Below the pieces are notes generated by a model. The model was not told where the DNA came from. It saw only the letters and a program-made list of their open reading frames with translations, and did not search any database. A stretch of DNA of 64,000 nucleotides, taken from IMG/VR virus record IMGVR_UViG_3300035670_000040, positions 1 through 64,000 of that record. One strand, 5' to 3'. Position 1 is the first letter of the stretch, and the number at the start of each line of letters is the position of its first letter. The position numbers and the translations under genes were made by a program. This DNA is from a virus. Shown piece by piece: positions 8,084-17,327 of this stretch.

Positions 8084-8923
8084 ATGACAAAATCAATAAA
8101 AAGTTTTGATGATTTCATTTTTTTGAACGAAAGATTTAAGGGTATTAGGTTTTTTGAAAAAGATCACAAGTATAAAATAAATGGAACTTTATCAAAGTAT
8201 TCTGTAACTTCTCTTTTGAAGAAATATTCATTAGAATTTGAATCAGAGAAGATAGCAAAAAATTTAGCATTTAAACAAAATAAAAAAACAGAGGACGTTT
8301 TGAAAGAATGGGATTTTAAAAAGAATTATTCATGTTTGAAGGGTACTGAATTTCATAAATATATAGAAAATTTTTTAAATAGAAAATTTGTTTCTATTGA
8401 TGAAAGCGCATTTGAACTTTTTTTATTATCGGAAAAATGTAAAAATATAGACCAAAAGAAAGAAGAATATATCCAAGTTTTCAAAAAAATGATAATCAAT
8501 TTTTTGGATTTTTACAAATGGTATGATAAAAATTATTATTTTTTGAAGTCTGAATTTGTTGTTGGTGACGAAGAAAGCGGTATTTGTGGAACAATAGACA
8601 ATTTATCATTCCATAAAAAAGAAAAAACTCTGGCTATACTCGACTACAAGACAAATAAAAATATAAAAACCGAAGGATTTAAGGGACAAAAGATGCTTAA
8701 TGATCTTTCACATTTACAAGATTGTGAGTTAGTAAAATACTCATTACAACTTCACATCTATAAACACATATTGGAAAAACACACAGGGTTTCAGGTAAAT
8801 AATTTACATATTATTTGGTTTCCTGAAGATAAAAATTATGAGATCATAACTCCACTTTGTTTAAATGAAGAAGCCAAAATGCTGATAAATAAAGAAATAT
8901 TATTTAATGAAAATGTATCTTGA
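8084..8923 (+). CDS. PD-(D/E)XK exonuclease (Cas4/RecB-like phage family)
   Basis: SVTSLL, GTEFHKYIE, SE, ICGTID, ILDYKT, YSLQLHIY motifs. Confidence 0.88.
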   Translation: MTKSIKSFDDFIFLNERFKGIRFFEKDHKYKINGTLSKYSVTSLLKKYSLEFESEKIAKNLAFKQNKKTEDVLKEWDFKKNYSCLKGTEFHKYIENFLNRKFVSIDESAFELFLLSEKCKNIDQKKEEYIQVFKKMIINFLDFYKWYDKNYYFLKSEFVVGDEESGICGTIDNLSFHKKEKTLAILDYKTNKNIKTEGFKGQKMLNDLSHLQDCELVKYSLQLHIYKHILEKHTGFQVNNLHIIWFPEDKNYEIITPLCLNEEAKMLINKEILFNENVS

Positions 8924-8953
8924 CAGAGTAAATATTATTACAAACTAAAAATT

Positions 8954-9826
8954 ATGATCGATCCATTAACACAAAAATATTTAGAAATAGTCAATGAAGG
9001 CTGTGCTGATAAAGGCATTGTAAAAACAAATCTAAAAACAGGTTCTTCTGCTTTAGGTGATTTAAAGACTGCAAACGATCCAGAAGAAAATGTAACATTG
9101 AAAAAGCCAGTAGAAAGTGAACATAATTCCGATGATGATAATGGAGAATTAGAAAAATCTAAATCTTATAAAGACATGAAAGAAAACAAACAATTAAATC
9201 CGTTCGAAACTCTTTATAATAAGATCCTATCAGAAGAAGATTCTTTTGGTTGGTCTATGGATAAAGACGAAGAAGATGAAAACGAAGAGACAACAGGAGA
9301 AGTTGATGATTTTGAATTATCAGACGAATCAGAATCCGATGAAATGGATGATGAAATGGATGATGAAGGTGATTCTGACGAAGTAACATTCACTCTTGAT
9401 AAAGAAACTGCTCAAAAATTAATAGAAGTTCTTCAATCTGCTATTGGTGGTGAAGACATGGGTGAAGATGAAGACATGAGTGAAGACATGGGTGAAGATG
9501 AAGATGAAGACATTTTTTCCTCTGAAGATGAGGAAGATGAAGAAGGTGATGAAACCTTAACGAAAGAAGAAGTTGATGCTGAAATCGTTGGTCATTCTTT
9601 AGTTGATCAAGAAAAGCTTTTAAAAGGAATGAACAATCCTAAAAACAATGTAGTTAAAGGATCACTTTCTGCAAAGAAAAAGAAAGCAAATGTTCCCCTT
9701 ACAGGAAAAGGATTCAAAGGGCAATTAAGTAAACATAAAGAATCAGCAGGAAAATCATTACAAGGTAAAAATAATAAAGTAAATGCAGTAAATGCAAAAA
9801 ACAAAACACTTGTTGATAATAAGTAA
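8954..9826 (+). CDS. Highly acidic protein, possible prohead core/internal protein
   Basis: D/E-rich centre with EDMGEDEDMSEDMGEDE repeat, K-rich C-terminus; TAAATA upstream; terminator downstream. Confidence 0.6.
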   Translation: MIDPLTQKYLEIVNEGCADKGIVKTNLKTGSSALGDLKTANDPEENVTLKKPVESEHNSDDDNGELEKSKSYKDMKENKQLNPFETLYNKILSEEDSFGWSMDKDEEDENEETTGEVDDFELSDESESDEMDDEMDDEGDSDEVTFTLDKETAQKLIEVLQSAIGGEDMGEDEDMSEDMGEDEDEDIFSSEDEEDEEGDETLTKEEVDAEIVGHSLVDQEKLLKGMNNPKNNVVKGSLSAKKKKANVPLTGKGFKGQLSKHKESAGKSLQGKNNKVNAVNAKNKTLVDNK

Positions 9827-9851
9827 AATTAAATTAAAAAATTAAAAAATT

Positions 9852-9883
9852 AAAAACTCCACCTAAACAGGTGGAGTTTTTTT
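9852..9883 (+). terminator. Intrinsic terminator
   Basis: aaaaactccacct-aaac-aggtggagttttttt hairpin plus T tract. Confidence 0.85.
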
Positions 9884-9895
9884 ATAAGTAGATAT

Positions 9896-10243
9896 ATGAG
9901 TTTTAAACAATACATTGAGGAAAACAATCTTTTAAATTCTATTATAAAACCTAAAAAAAATCATACACAAGCATTAAATAGAAATACAATTGATCGTAAT
10001 CATCTAAATTTTGTTCCTAGATCAGATAATGTAAAAAGATCACATTATATTATAAAAAAGTTTGAAAAAAATAAAAACTTAAAATTTTTGCCAATTCCTT
10101 CCGAAAAAATAGCATCTGAGTTAGCTAATATTTTTGGATTAACAATAACTGATGATAAAAAGAATTTTAATATGTCTTTAAAAAGAACTGGTTTAAATTT
10201 AGTAAGATATAATAATAAATATTCTGTAATAAGGAAAAAATAA
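9896..10243 (+). CDS. Basic hypothetical late protein
   Basis: TAAGTA 5 nt before ATG; N-terminus MSFKQYIEE. Confidence 0.65.
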   Translation: MSFKQYIEENNLLNSIIKPKKNHTQALNRNTIDRNHLNFVPRSDNVKRSHYIIKKFEKNKNLKFLPIPSEKIASELANIFGLTITDDKKNFNMSLKRTGLNLVRYNNKYSVIRKK

Positions 10244-10244
10244 A

Positions 10245-10871
10245 ATGGAATCTGTTAGATTTTTAAATAAGAAAGTAAATTTAAACGAAAGGAATAATTT
10301 TGACAATTGGAATCGTGAACAGATTCAAATGTATGGTCAAGATGTTAAGTTTTTTTCCAATTTAACAACACTTTCTTCTGTAGATTCTTTATATGGTGAA
10401 GACACTGTATCTGGTTTTGGTGAAGGTAAAAATCTAATAGTTTTACTAAATTTAAATAATGATAGTTATCTTTTATCTAAATTTGGTATTGTGGCTGATA
10501 GTGATTTAAATGGTGTAATTCATCCAAAAATGTATGAAGAAGTTTTTGGAGAGGGAAGTGAACCAAAAGCTGGAGATGTTGTAGAACTAGAAGAGTTTGG
10601 TTCTGACAGAATACATTTCCCAAAAAGAGGAGCAACTGTTTATGAATTAACAGAAGTTATAGATGAGTTTCAAATAAATCCTTTAGGTGGACATTACTTG
10701 TGGTTCTTTAAGGCTAGAAGGTATGAGTATAGCTATGAAACCGGAGGACCAGGTGCTGGGCAAGGAAATACACAAAGAGACGATAATGATGCATTAGAAG
10801 AATCTTCTCAACAGAATTTTGACTATTTGAGTAATCCATGCGCTAATGATAGCATCTATGGTGATTATTAA
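10245..10871 (+). CDS. Neck/head-completion protein, T4 gp14-like
   Basis: MYGQDV, LYGED, LLSKFG, PKAGD, ARRYEYSYE motifs typical of gp14 homologues. Confidence 0.78.
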   Translation: MESVRFLNKKVNLNERNNFDNWNREQIQMYGQDVKFFSNLTTLSSVDSLYGEDTVSGFGEGKNLIVLLNLNNDSYLLSKFGIVADSDLNGVIHPKMYEEVFGEGSEPKAGDVVELEEFGSDRIHFPKRGATVYELTEVIDEFQINPLGGHYLWFFKARRYEYSYETGGPGAGQGNTQRDDNDALEESSQQNFDYLSNPCANDSIYGDY

Positions 10872-11122
10872 ATACTTTTAGCATTCAGGTCTTTTCCAAT
10901 CAAACGTCTTTGTATTTGATCTTCAACACTAGATATATATTTTTTTATTTTAACGGGACTTAATTTAATATTTTCAAATTTTTTCTTTCTCTGTTCAGCC
11001 TCCTCTGCAATCATATTGATAGCTTCATATAAAGCTATCCATCTTGCATAGTATAATGATTTATCAAAAGAATTTTGTGTATTGATTAAATTTATTTTAT
11101 TTTTATTTTTTGTCTTCATCAT
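10868..11122 (-). CDS. Hypothetical protein
   Basis: ORF overlapping its upstream neighbour. Confidence 0.55.
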   Translation of the reverse strand: MMKTKNKNKINLINTQNSFDKSLYYARWIALYEAINMIAEEAEQRKKKFENIKLSPVKIKKYISSVEDQIQRRLIGKDLNAKSI

Positions 11123-11507
11123 TTGTTAAAAGTGAACTAATTTGTATGGTTTCATTCTTTTTAATAACAGAAAATTGCATTATTACAGAATTTAATTTGT
11201 TACAAGAGACACATGTAAATTCTAATTTTTCATTTTGGTCTGGTATAAAGGTTAAAATGTTTTTATCCGAACAATACGCGCATTCTAAAATTGTTGATAG
11301 ATTTTCTAATTTATCCAACTCTTTTTGTCTAGTCTTTTCTTTAAAAAAAGAAATTATAATTTTAGCTATAACAGAATAAAGTACATATAATATCAAAAAA
11401 GAAAAAAGGAAAACATATAAAAAATGTCCACCCGACAAGACAGAAATAAGACCAAACAAGGAAGACAATATTATATTTGATACTAAAAACCTTAATATAT
11501 TTTTCAT
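11103..11507 (-). CDS. Membrane protein with C-terminal Zn ribbon
   Basis: Two N-terminal hydrophobic helices; CAYC...CVSC. Confidence 0.65.
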   Translation of the reverse strand: MKNILRFLVSNIILSSLFGLISVLSGGHFLYVFLFSFLILYVLYSVIAKIIISFFKEKTRQKELDKLENLSTILECAYCSDKNILTFIPDQNEKLEFTCVSCNKLNSVIMQFSVIKKNETIQISSLLTNDEDKK

Positions 11508-11513
11508 GTATCA

Positions 11514-11542
11514 ACAATACAAAAAATACATTATAATGTCAA
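11514..11542 (-). promoter_or_regulatory. Sigma70-like promoter TTGACA-N17-TATTGT, ATG 6 nt downstream
   Basis: tgtcaa 11537-11542, acaata 11514-11519, start at 11507. Confidence 0.6.
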
Positions 11543-11550
11543 TAAAAATT

Positions 11551-11955
11551 TTAATTTATCTTTGAATCATCTAACACTTTTGATCCCATTAATTTAATGT
11601 GATCCAAAATTCTTTTTATATCTCTCAAGTATTTTTTTAAATTAGATTTTTGGTCTTTTGTTAATGTTTTATTGTTATTAATACAATAATTTATTTTTTG
11701 ACCAATTTCATAGAAAACAATATACCCATTTGTAAAGTCTTCTATTATATTTTCTAATGGCCATGGTATAGATCCTTTTATTGGTGGTTCTGGTAATCTT
11801 TCTCCACCGGATCTGATATTTTGTTGATATGAATAGTTATAATCAGACTGATTTGATGTGACAAAATCTTTGCGAGCAGGAGTTTCATATGCTGAATATG
11901 TTCTAATATTAGCAGAGCTTCCTATCATCTCCTCAATAATTTTGTCTAATTTCAT
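11551..11955 (-). CDS. Hypothetical protein
   Basis: Likely start MKLDKIIEEM at 11955 via ATGA overlap with the upstream Zn-ribbon ORF. Confidence 0.6.
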   Translation of the reverse strand: MKLDKIIEEMIGSSANIRTYSAYETPARKDFVTSNQSDYNYSYQQNIRSGGERLPEPPIKGSIPWPLENIIEDFTNGYIVFYEIGQKINYCINNNKTLTKDQKSNLKKYLRDIKRILDHIKLMGSKVLDDSKIN

Positions 11956-12110
11956 ACGTTTCCTACTTTTACTAGTTGATTGCATCTAGGACAAACCCAT
12001 TTAATTTGATTGTTTTGTACTTTACCATAAGTAGTTGCTCCACAATAAAAACAACCAACTGGTTTATTGTTAACTTTATTATAATCTATTTTTTGTTCTT
12101 TGTTGTCCAT
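11952..12110 (-). CDS. Small Zn-ribbon protein
   Basis: Hand translation, 52 aa MDNKEQKIDYNKVNNKPVGCFYCGATTYGKVQNNQIKWVCPRCNQLVKVGNV; two CxxC; TAAATA just upstream; ATGA coupling to the next gene. Confidence 0.7.
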   Translation of the reverse strand: MDNKEQKIDYNKVNNKPVGCFYCGATTYGKVQNNQIKWVCPRCNQLVKVGNV

Positions 12111-12158
12111 TATATTATTTACTTACCTTCTGATGGTTTCCAATCATCGTTTGTGAAA

Positions 12159-12908
12159 TTAAATGGTTTGTTTTTTATAATTTTTTACTTTTTTCATCAC
12201 AAACTTTAAAAAATCACTTCTCATAACATCCATTTCGTCTTGCAACATATACGTATAAATATTATTGTCCTTTGATTCTTGATCATCAAAAATCCCATAT
12301 ATTTCTTTAAATCCTGAATTTTTAATATCAACTTGCCAAGAATCACCTATACCAAAAACATAACTAAATTTTCCCACTCTGGAAAGAGTTAACATAATAT
12401 CTTCTTTTGACATGCAACCCATTTCATCGATGATAATTCCGTATGCGTTATATGAGGTTCCTCTTAAAAGGGCAACTGGTTGTGATTCCACTGTACCGTC
12501 TGCAATGAGTTTATTTACTTGACTTGGTGGTAAAAGTTCTTCCAATTTTTGTTGGAATGGAATCATGTATGGACTTAGGCGAGTTTGTAAATCGCCACCA
12601 AGCCAACCAAGCGTTCCTGTTCCACTTTGTACAATATTTCTAATATAGAGAATATTTGATATCTTCTTCATATTAAGAAGTTTTAGACATATATATGTAG
12701 ACAAAAGTGTTTTTCCAGAACCCCAAATACCATCAATTAATGTCATATTTGCCTTTTTATCAATTACGGTATCTATGATTTCTTTTTGTTTTATGGTCCA
12801 AGGTAATTCTCTTATAGACAAATCAAAGCTTATTTTTTCGTTTTGATGAATATAAGCAGAAGTGTCCTTAGTGTTAATTTTCTTTTTAGGCTGTGGTTTT
12901 TTTGACAT
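12159..12908 (-). CDS. phoH: PhoH-family ATPase
   Basis: GIWGSGKT Walker A, LGWLGG, LRG, IIIDE, GDSWQVD; likely start MSKK at 12908. Confidence 0.9.
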   Translation of the reverse strand: MSKKPQPKKKINTKDTSAYIHQNEKISFDLSIRELPWTIKQKEIIDTVIDKKANMTLIDGIWGSGKTLLSTYICLKLLNMKKISNILYIRNIVQSGTGTLGWLGGDLQTRLSPYMIPFQQKLEELLPPSQVNKLIADGTVESQPVALLRGTSYNAYGIIIDEMGCMSKEDIMLTLSRVGKFSYVFGIGDSWQVDIKNSGFKEIYGIFDDQESKDNNIYTYMLQDEMDVMRSDFLKFVMKKVKNYKKQTI

Positions 12909-12916
12909 AAAATTTA

Positions 12917-13204
12917 TTAAGCCCAATCACGACATGCCATTGCTTTTGGAGTTCCTGCTTTTGCAGAAGAACAGCCGTGTCTTTTTTTGAAAGATTTCTT
13001 TCTTTTAGTATTTCCAGATTTTCCTGTCACTCTAACACCGGCCTGACCCCAGTGAATTTTTTTATAAGAACCATCTGATTGTTTAGCACACTTCATCCAT
13101 TTCTTACCCTTTCGATCACTAGAAGCTTTTTTTGTTGGACCTGTACATTTGGCGGCTTCTTCCAATAAAGAAGAAACCAAATTATCAAAATTTTCTGGTA
13201 TCAT
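12917..13204 (-). CDS. Conserved basic phage protein (KKIHWG..RKKSFKKRHGC..ACRDW)
   Basis: Lys/Arg-rich; TAAATA 8 nt upstream of ATG 13204. Confidence 0.7.
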   Translation of the reverse strand: MIPENFDNLVSSLLEEAAKCTGPTKKASSDRKGKKWMKCAKQSDGSYKKIHWGQAGVRVTGKSGNTKRKKSFKKRHGCSSAKAGTPKAMACRDWA

Positions 13205-13278
13205 ATTATTATTATTTACATCCAATTTTTATTTTTTTATAAATTGGTATTATTGAAAGATAAATATTTCTATAAAAT

Positions 13279-15996
13279 ATGGCTACAAAAATCATACAAT
13301 CACCTAGAAGAATCCAATCACCCGGTGTTCAAATCACAGAAATAGATCTAACAAGAAGACCAACTTCTCAAAGACCAATAAGACCAGCTGCGATGGTTGC
13401 TGGCTTTGCCGCTCAAGGACCAACTGATGAAATTGTTAAAATAACAAGCATGGCCCAGTTTAATACTGTTTTTGGTCTTCCAGAAACAGCAGCTGAAAGA
13501 TATCTATCCCACACAGTTGAACAATTAGTTTCTTCTGGATCTGATGTTCTTGTTACAAGACTTCCTTATGGTAAAAATGCTGGAGAAGGAATTCAAAACT
13601 ATTATAGTGCATTATTTTTCCCAATCGTTCCTCATGGAAAAACTTATGGTGAAGCCGAAACATATTATGTTCTTCCACCAAAATCTGTTCTTTTAAGTGA
13701 AGATGCATATGAAACTCAAATTAAAGACAGAAATATTGCATGGACAAATAATTTTCAGGTTTCAACTGTAGAAAACAAAACATTCAATTTAACATGGGAT
13801 GCTGCTAGTGCCATATTTCTAGATATTGTAAATGATTTAAGAGTTACAGATGTTCCAGTAGTAAACAGTTATTTTGGACCATCTGAGACTGTTTATTCTG
13901 GTCCTGTACTATTACCAAGTCAATTAAATTTATCCAGACCATTAACATCATTTAATATTCAGAGAGCTTTTGAACAAAGAATAAACGAGGTAGTTGATAG
14001 ACTAGCATACAACACAAATAACCAAACAAATCAATTAGATACACAAGTTGTTGGAGTTCCCACTGCTTGGGCATCTGTAACTACGAACTTATCTCTAACA
14101 AGTTTTGCTGAACAACTTTCAGCAAACAGTTCATCTAGAAATTTATTTAATATTCCTATTAAATATACTTTAAATTATCTAACAAATAATTCTGATAATA
14201 TTGATAAATTTACAATAAACAGTGTAGATGATATTAATAAATCAGGAATAATAATTGTTAATAGTGATAAACTAAGAAATAATGATTTATTCGAAGGGTT
14301 CTATGTTGGATTAACAGATAATTCCGATGACAGTCCTTATACAGATTTCAAATCAGTTACTGCATTAAAAGCAGTTAATTCTATTTCTGCTATTGATGGA
14401 ATGCCTCTTTCTGATTCAACAAAGGCTATTCAAACATTCTTTACAGTACCAGAAGAGAGATTGAATTTTACTTTATCTGAATCATATTCCAGTATTAATT
14501 TCCAGAGTGTTTCTGAAAAGATGGCTAGATGGCCCTCATATGATTTTTCACAGGATTCATTTAATGATTGCTTAAAGTTATTTGTCTTTAAAATTAATAC
14601 TTCAACAAACTTACAAGATGCTATTACTTTAAATACACCATCAACCGTTGAAGCTTATGTTGGATCTCTGTATTCACAAAGAAAACAAAATAACCCAAAT
14701 GGTGGTAGACTTGTGAATTTCTTTATTGAAAATAAAGTAGAAAACAATTCAAATTCCAGAATTAAGATGGTTGTAAATCCAAATATATCAGAATCTGGAA
14801 CATGGACTGATTCTTTTGCAATGCCAACAAAGAGAGTTATAATTTCTGATGCTGCAAAGTCTCTTTGGGCTACTGGTATATATACACCAACTACTATAAC
14901 TGAACAGAATAAAAGAATAGGAAATCTAATGTTAAAATTAGATAGAACATTCCAGATGTATGAATTGACTGAGAACGAAACAAAAAATATTGATATTGTT
15001 TGTGAAGCAGGACTCGGTACAATTAATGCTGGTGTTAAATATCAAAAGACTATCACTGGGAATATTGATCAAGAAACTTTTGATGATACTATTCCAGTTG
15101 ATATTACTAATTTAAAACAAATTCCAAAAAATTATAGAGAATATCTACAAACACCAGATATTGTAAGAGATTCTTATGTAGATATTATAAAAAGATTTAG
15201 GGCAGTTGCTCAACAGAGAAAAAATCATGTATTTATATCAGATCCTTTAAGATATATATTTGTTAAGGGTATTAATTCTAAAGCAACTGATAAAAAATCA
15301 TTTAATTTTGTTAATGATATCTTTAGACCATTACAGAATTCATATGCAAAAGTTGGTAGATCTACATATATGTCTGTTTATGCGAACTGGATGAGAAGGT
15401 ATGATGCTGCTTCTGATGAATTTACATGGGTTCCGCCTTCTGGTTTTGTTGGAAAAATAATGCTTAATGCAAAGAAAAGAGCACCTTGGACTGCACCAGC
15501 AGGATTTAATTATGGAAGACTTTCCGGTGTTGCTGATTTGGCTATAAATCCAAATCAAAGACAAAGAGATATTCTTTATAGGTCTTCATATAACCCAGTT
15601 GTAAACTTCCCAAGAGAAGGTATGGTTGTTTATGGTCAAAAAACATTTATTAATTATCAAACAGCTTTTGATAGATTGAATGTAAGAAATCTATTTTTAC
15701 ATTTAGAAAAAGAAGCAACCAGAATATTGGATAGATTTGTATTTGAACCAAACACAATACCTACCAGAAATAGAGTTATCTTACGTTTAACACCTATTTT
15801 TGAAAGAGCTAAAACACGTCAAGGTGTCTATGATTATAGACTTGTTTGTGATGAAAGAAACAATACACCAGATGTAATTGATAGAAATGAATTAAGATTG
15901 GCTGTTTATATACAACCCGTAAGAACAGCAGAATTTATATTAGCTGACTTCATTGCAACAAGAACTGGTACAGATCTTGATGATCTTATAGGCTAA
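13279..15996 (+). CDS. Tail sheath protein (gp18-like)
   Basis: SPGVQITEID, GFAAQGP, PWTAPAG, YNPV, VVYGQKT, DRLNVR.LF, FEPN, CDERNNT, IQPVRTAEFI. Confidence 0.96.
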   Translation: MATKIIQSPRRIQSPGVQITEIDLTRRPTSQRPIRPAAMVAGFAAQGPTDEIVKITSMAQFNTVFGLPETAAERYLSHTVEQLVSSGSDVLVTRLPYGKNAGEGIQNYYSALFFPIVPHGKTYGEAETYYVLPPKSVLLSEDAYETQIKDRNIAWTNNFQVSTVENKTFNLTWDAASAIFLDIVNDLRVTDVPVVNSYFGPSETVYSGPVLLPSQLNLSRPLTSFNIQRAFEQRINEVVDRLAYNTNNQTNQLDTQVVGVPTAWASVTTNLSLTSFAEQLSANSSSRNLFNIPIKYTLNYLTNNSDNIDKFTINSVDDINKSGIIIVNSDKLRNNDLFEGFYVGLTDNSDDSPYTDFKSVTALKAVNSISAIDGMPLSDSTKAIQTFFTVPEERLNFTLSESYSSINFQSVSEKMARWPSYDFSQDSFNDCLKLFVFKINTSTNLQDAITLNTPSTVEAYVGSLYSQRKQNNPNGGRLVNFFIENKVENNSNSRIKMVVNPNISESGTWTDSFAMPTKRVIISDAAKSLWATGIYTPTTITEQNKRIGNLMLKLDRTFQMYELTENETKNIDIVCEAGLGTINAGVKYQKTITGNIDQETFDDTIPVDITNLKQIPKNYREYLQTPDIVRDSYVDIIKRFRAVAQQRKNHVFISDPLRYIFVKGINSKATDKKSFNFVNDIFRPLQNSYAKVGRSTYMSVYANWMRRYDAASDEFTWVPPSGFVGKIMLNAKKRAPWTAPAGFNYGRLSGVADLAINPNQRQRDILYRSSYNPVVNFPREGMVVYGQKTFINYQTAFDRLNVRNLFLHLEKEATRILDRFVFEPNTIPTRNRVILRLTPIFERAKTRQGVYDYRLVCDERNNTPDVIDRNELRLAVYIQPVRTAEFILADFIATRTGTDLDDLIG

Positions 15997-16026
15997 TTTA
16001 ACACATAGAAAGGTAAATATAATTAT

Positions 16027-16560
16027 ATGTCAATATTAACACAACAAGGTATTAGAAACTTTCACGAAGTTGCTGGAAGAAAAGATTTTTTTAGACAGAA
16101 TCTTTTCAGAATTATAAATTTTGGAGGTAATGTCTTGGATCAAGATGATTTGATCTATGTAGAATCAGCAACTCTTCCCAGTAAAACAATTAATAATGTA
16201 ACAGTTCCTTATATGGGATTACAATTCAATGTTCCCGGTACGGTACAGTATCCAAACAGTTCTGCTTGGTCTGTTAACATAAGAATGGATGCTGGTTTAG
16301 AGATAAGAGAAAAACTTGAAGGTTGGATGAAAAGAATTTTTGACGATGAAGATAGCACCGGAGATTATAGTATTCCTGATGGAGATGATGGAACTACCAC
16401 TCTTCTTTTATTAGACAAAAAAGGAAATACACTAAGAACATATGACTTGTTTGGTTGCTATTTAACTAATTTAGGAGAATTTACTTTAAACATAGGAACT
16501 GCTGGTGATATAATCACTGCTCCAGCCACAATTGCTTACCAATATTGGAGAGTAAGATAA
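16027..16560 (+). CDS. Tail tube protein (gp19-like)
   Basis: Follows the sheath gene; RQNLFR, ATLPS, VPYMG..PG, W.V, AYQYW. Confidence 0.88.
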   Translation: MSILTQQGIRNFHEVAGRKDFFRQNLFRIINFGGNVLDQDDLIYVESATLPSKTINNVTVPYMGLQFNVPGTVQYPNSSAWSVNIRMDAGLEIREKLEGWMKRIFDDEDSTGDYSIPDGDDGTTTLLLLDKKGNTLRTYDLFGCYLTNLGEFTLNIGTAGDIITAPATIAYQYWRVR

Positions 16561-16596
16561 TCAATTAAAATTCGTATTTTTTGATAAATATATCAT

Positions 16597-17322
16597 ATGG
16601 CGGATGAATTATCTAGTCCTTATGAAAACTACTTAAAAACATTATCTGAATGGCCTACAGCTATAGGCTCTTCAAATCAATGGTTTTTGTGGTTTGATGT
16701 ATCTAGTGTTAATGCTCTTACAAAAAAATTAAACGAAACTCTTTACAAATTCGAGGGTAATTTTGGAACAGAGAATGGATGGTATGTAAATGAAAATACA
16801 GTATCCAAACTAACAGAAGACGAATATCATTTTAAAGAAAGAGTGGGTTGTGTTTTTGCGAAACAAGTAAGTTTACCCACTGAATCTTTTGAGGCTGGTA
16901 ATGAAGGTTTAAGTTATGGTGGTTGGCTACCACCAGCAACATCTAACAACAGGACAAAATATAATAAGCTTAGAGTTACATTTCTAGAAACAAATGCTTC
17001 TTTTGTTGATTTTGTTATTAAACCTTGGTTGGTTTTAGCATCATATTATGGAATGATGTCTAGAAGGCAAGATAGTGATAAAAATATTAAATGTACCTTT
17101 TGTGATGTTCATTTTTTAGCAAGAACATCAGCAAAAAATCCACAAGAATCTAGGAAATCTTATAGATTTCAAAATATTGTCCCTGTTAGTATAGACGGAG
17201 AACAATATTCATATTTATCGGACGATATGAAGACTACATCAGTTGATTTTGTATATGATCAATACTATATAAGAGATACACACTCTTATGCAAATTTAGA
17301 AAGAACATATTACAATTCCTGA
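16597..17322 (+). CDS. Tail tube-fold baseplate/tube initiator (gp54-like)
   Basis: VSLP, LRVTFLET, YRFQNIVPVSI, VDFVYDQY resemble the tube fold; position in the tail module. Confidence 0.6.
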   Translation: MADELSSPYENYLKTLSEWPTAIGSSNQWFLWFDVSSVNALTKKLNETLYKFEGNFGTENGWYVNENTVSKLTEDEYHFKERVGCVFAKQVSLPTESFEAGNEGLSYGGWLPPATSNNRTKYNKLRVTFLETNASFVDFVIKPWLVLASYYGMMSRRQDSDKNIKCTFCDVHFLARTSAKNPQESRKSYRFQNIVPVSIDGEQYSYLSDDMKTTSVDFVYDQYYIRDTHSYANLERTYYNS

Positions 17323-17327
17323 TAAAA

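Noticed and set aside
8084-8923. Cas4 implying a CRISPR-Cas system
   Set aside because: No array or other cas genes, and no clear four-Cys cluster; fits a stand-alone phage exonuclease
9452-9511. gaagacatgggtgaagat short repeats
   Set aside because: Low-complexity coding repeat (EDMGED) within the acidic protein
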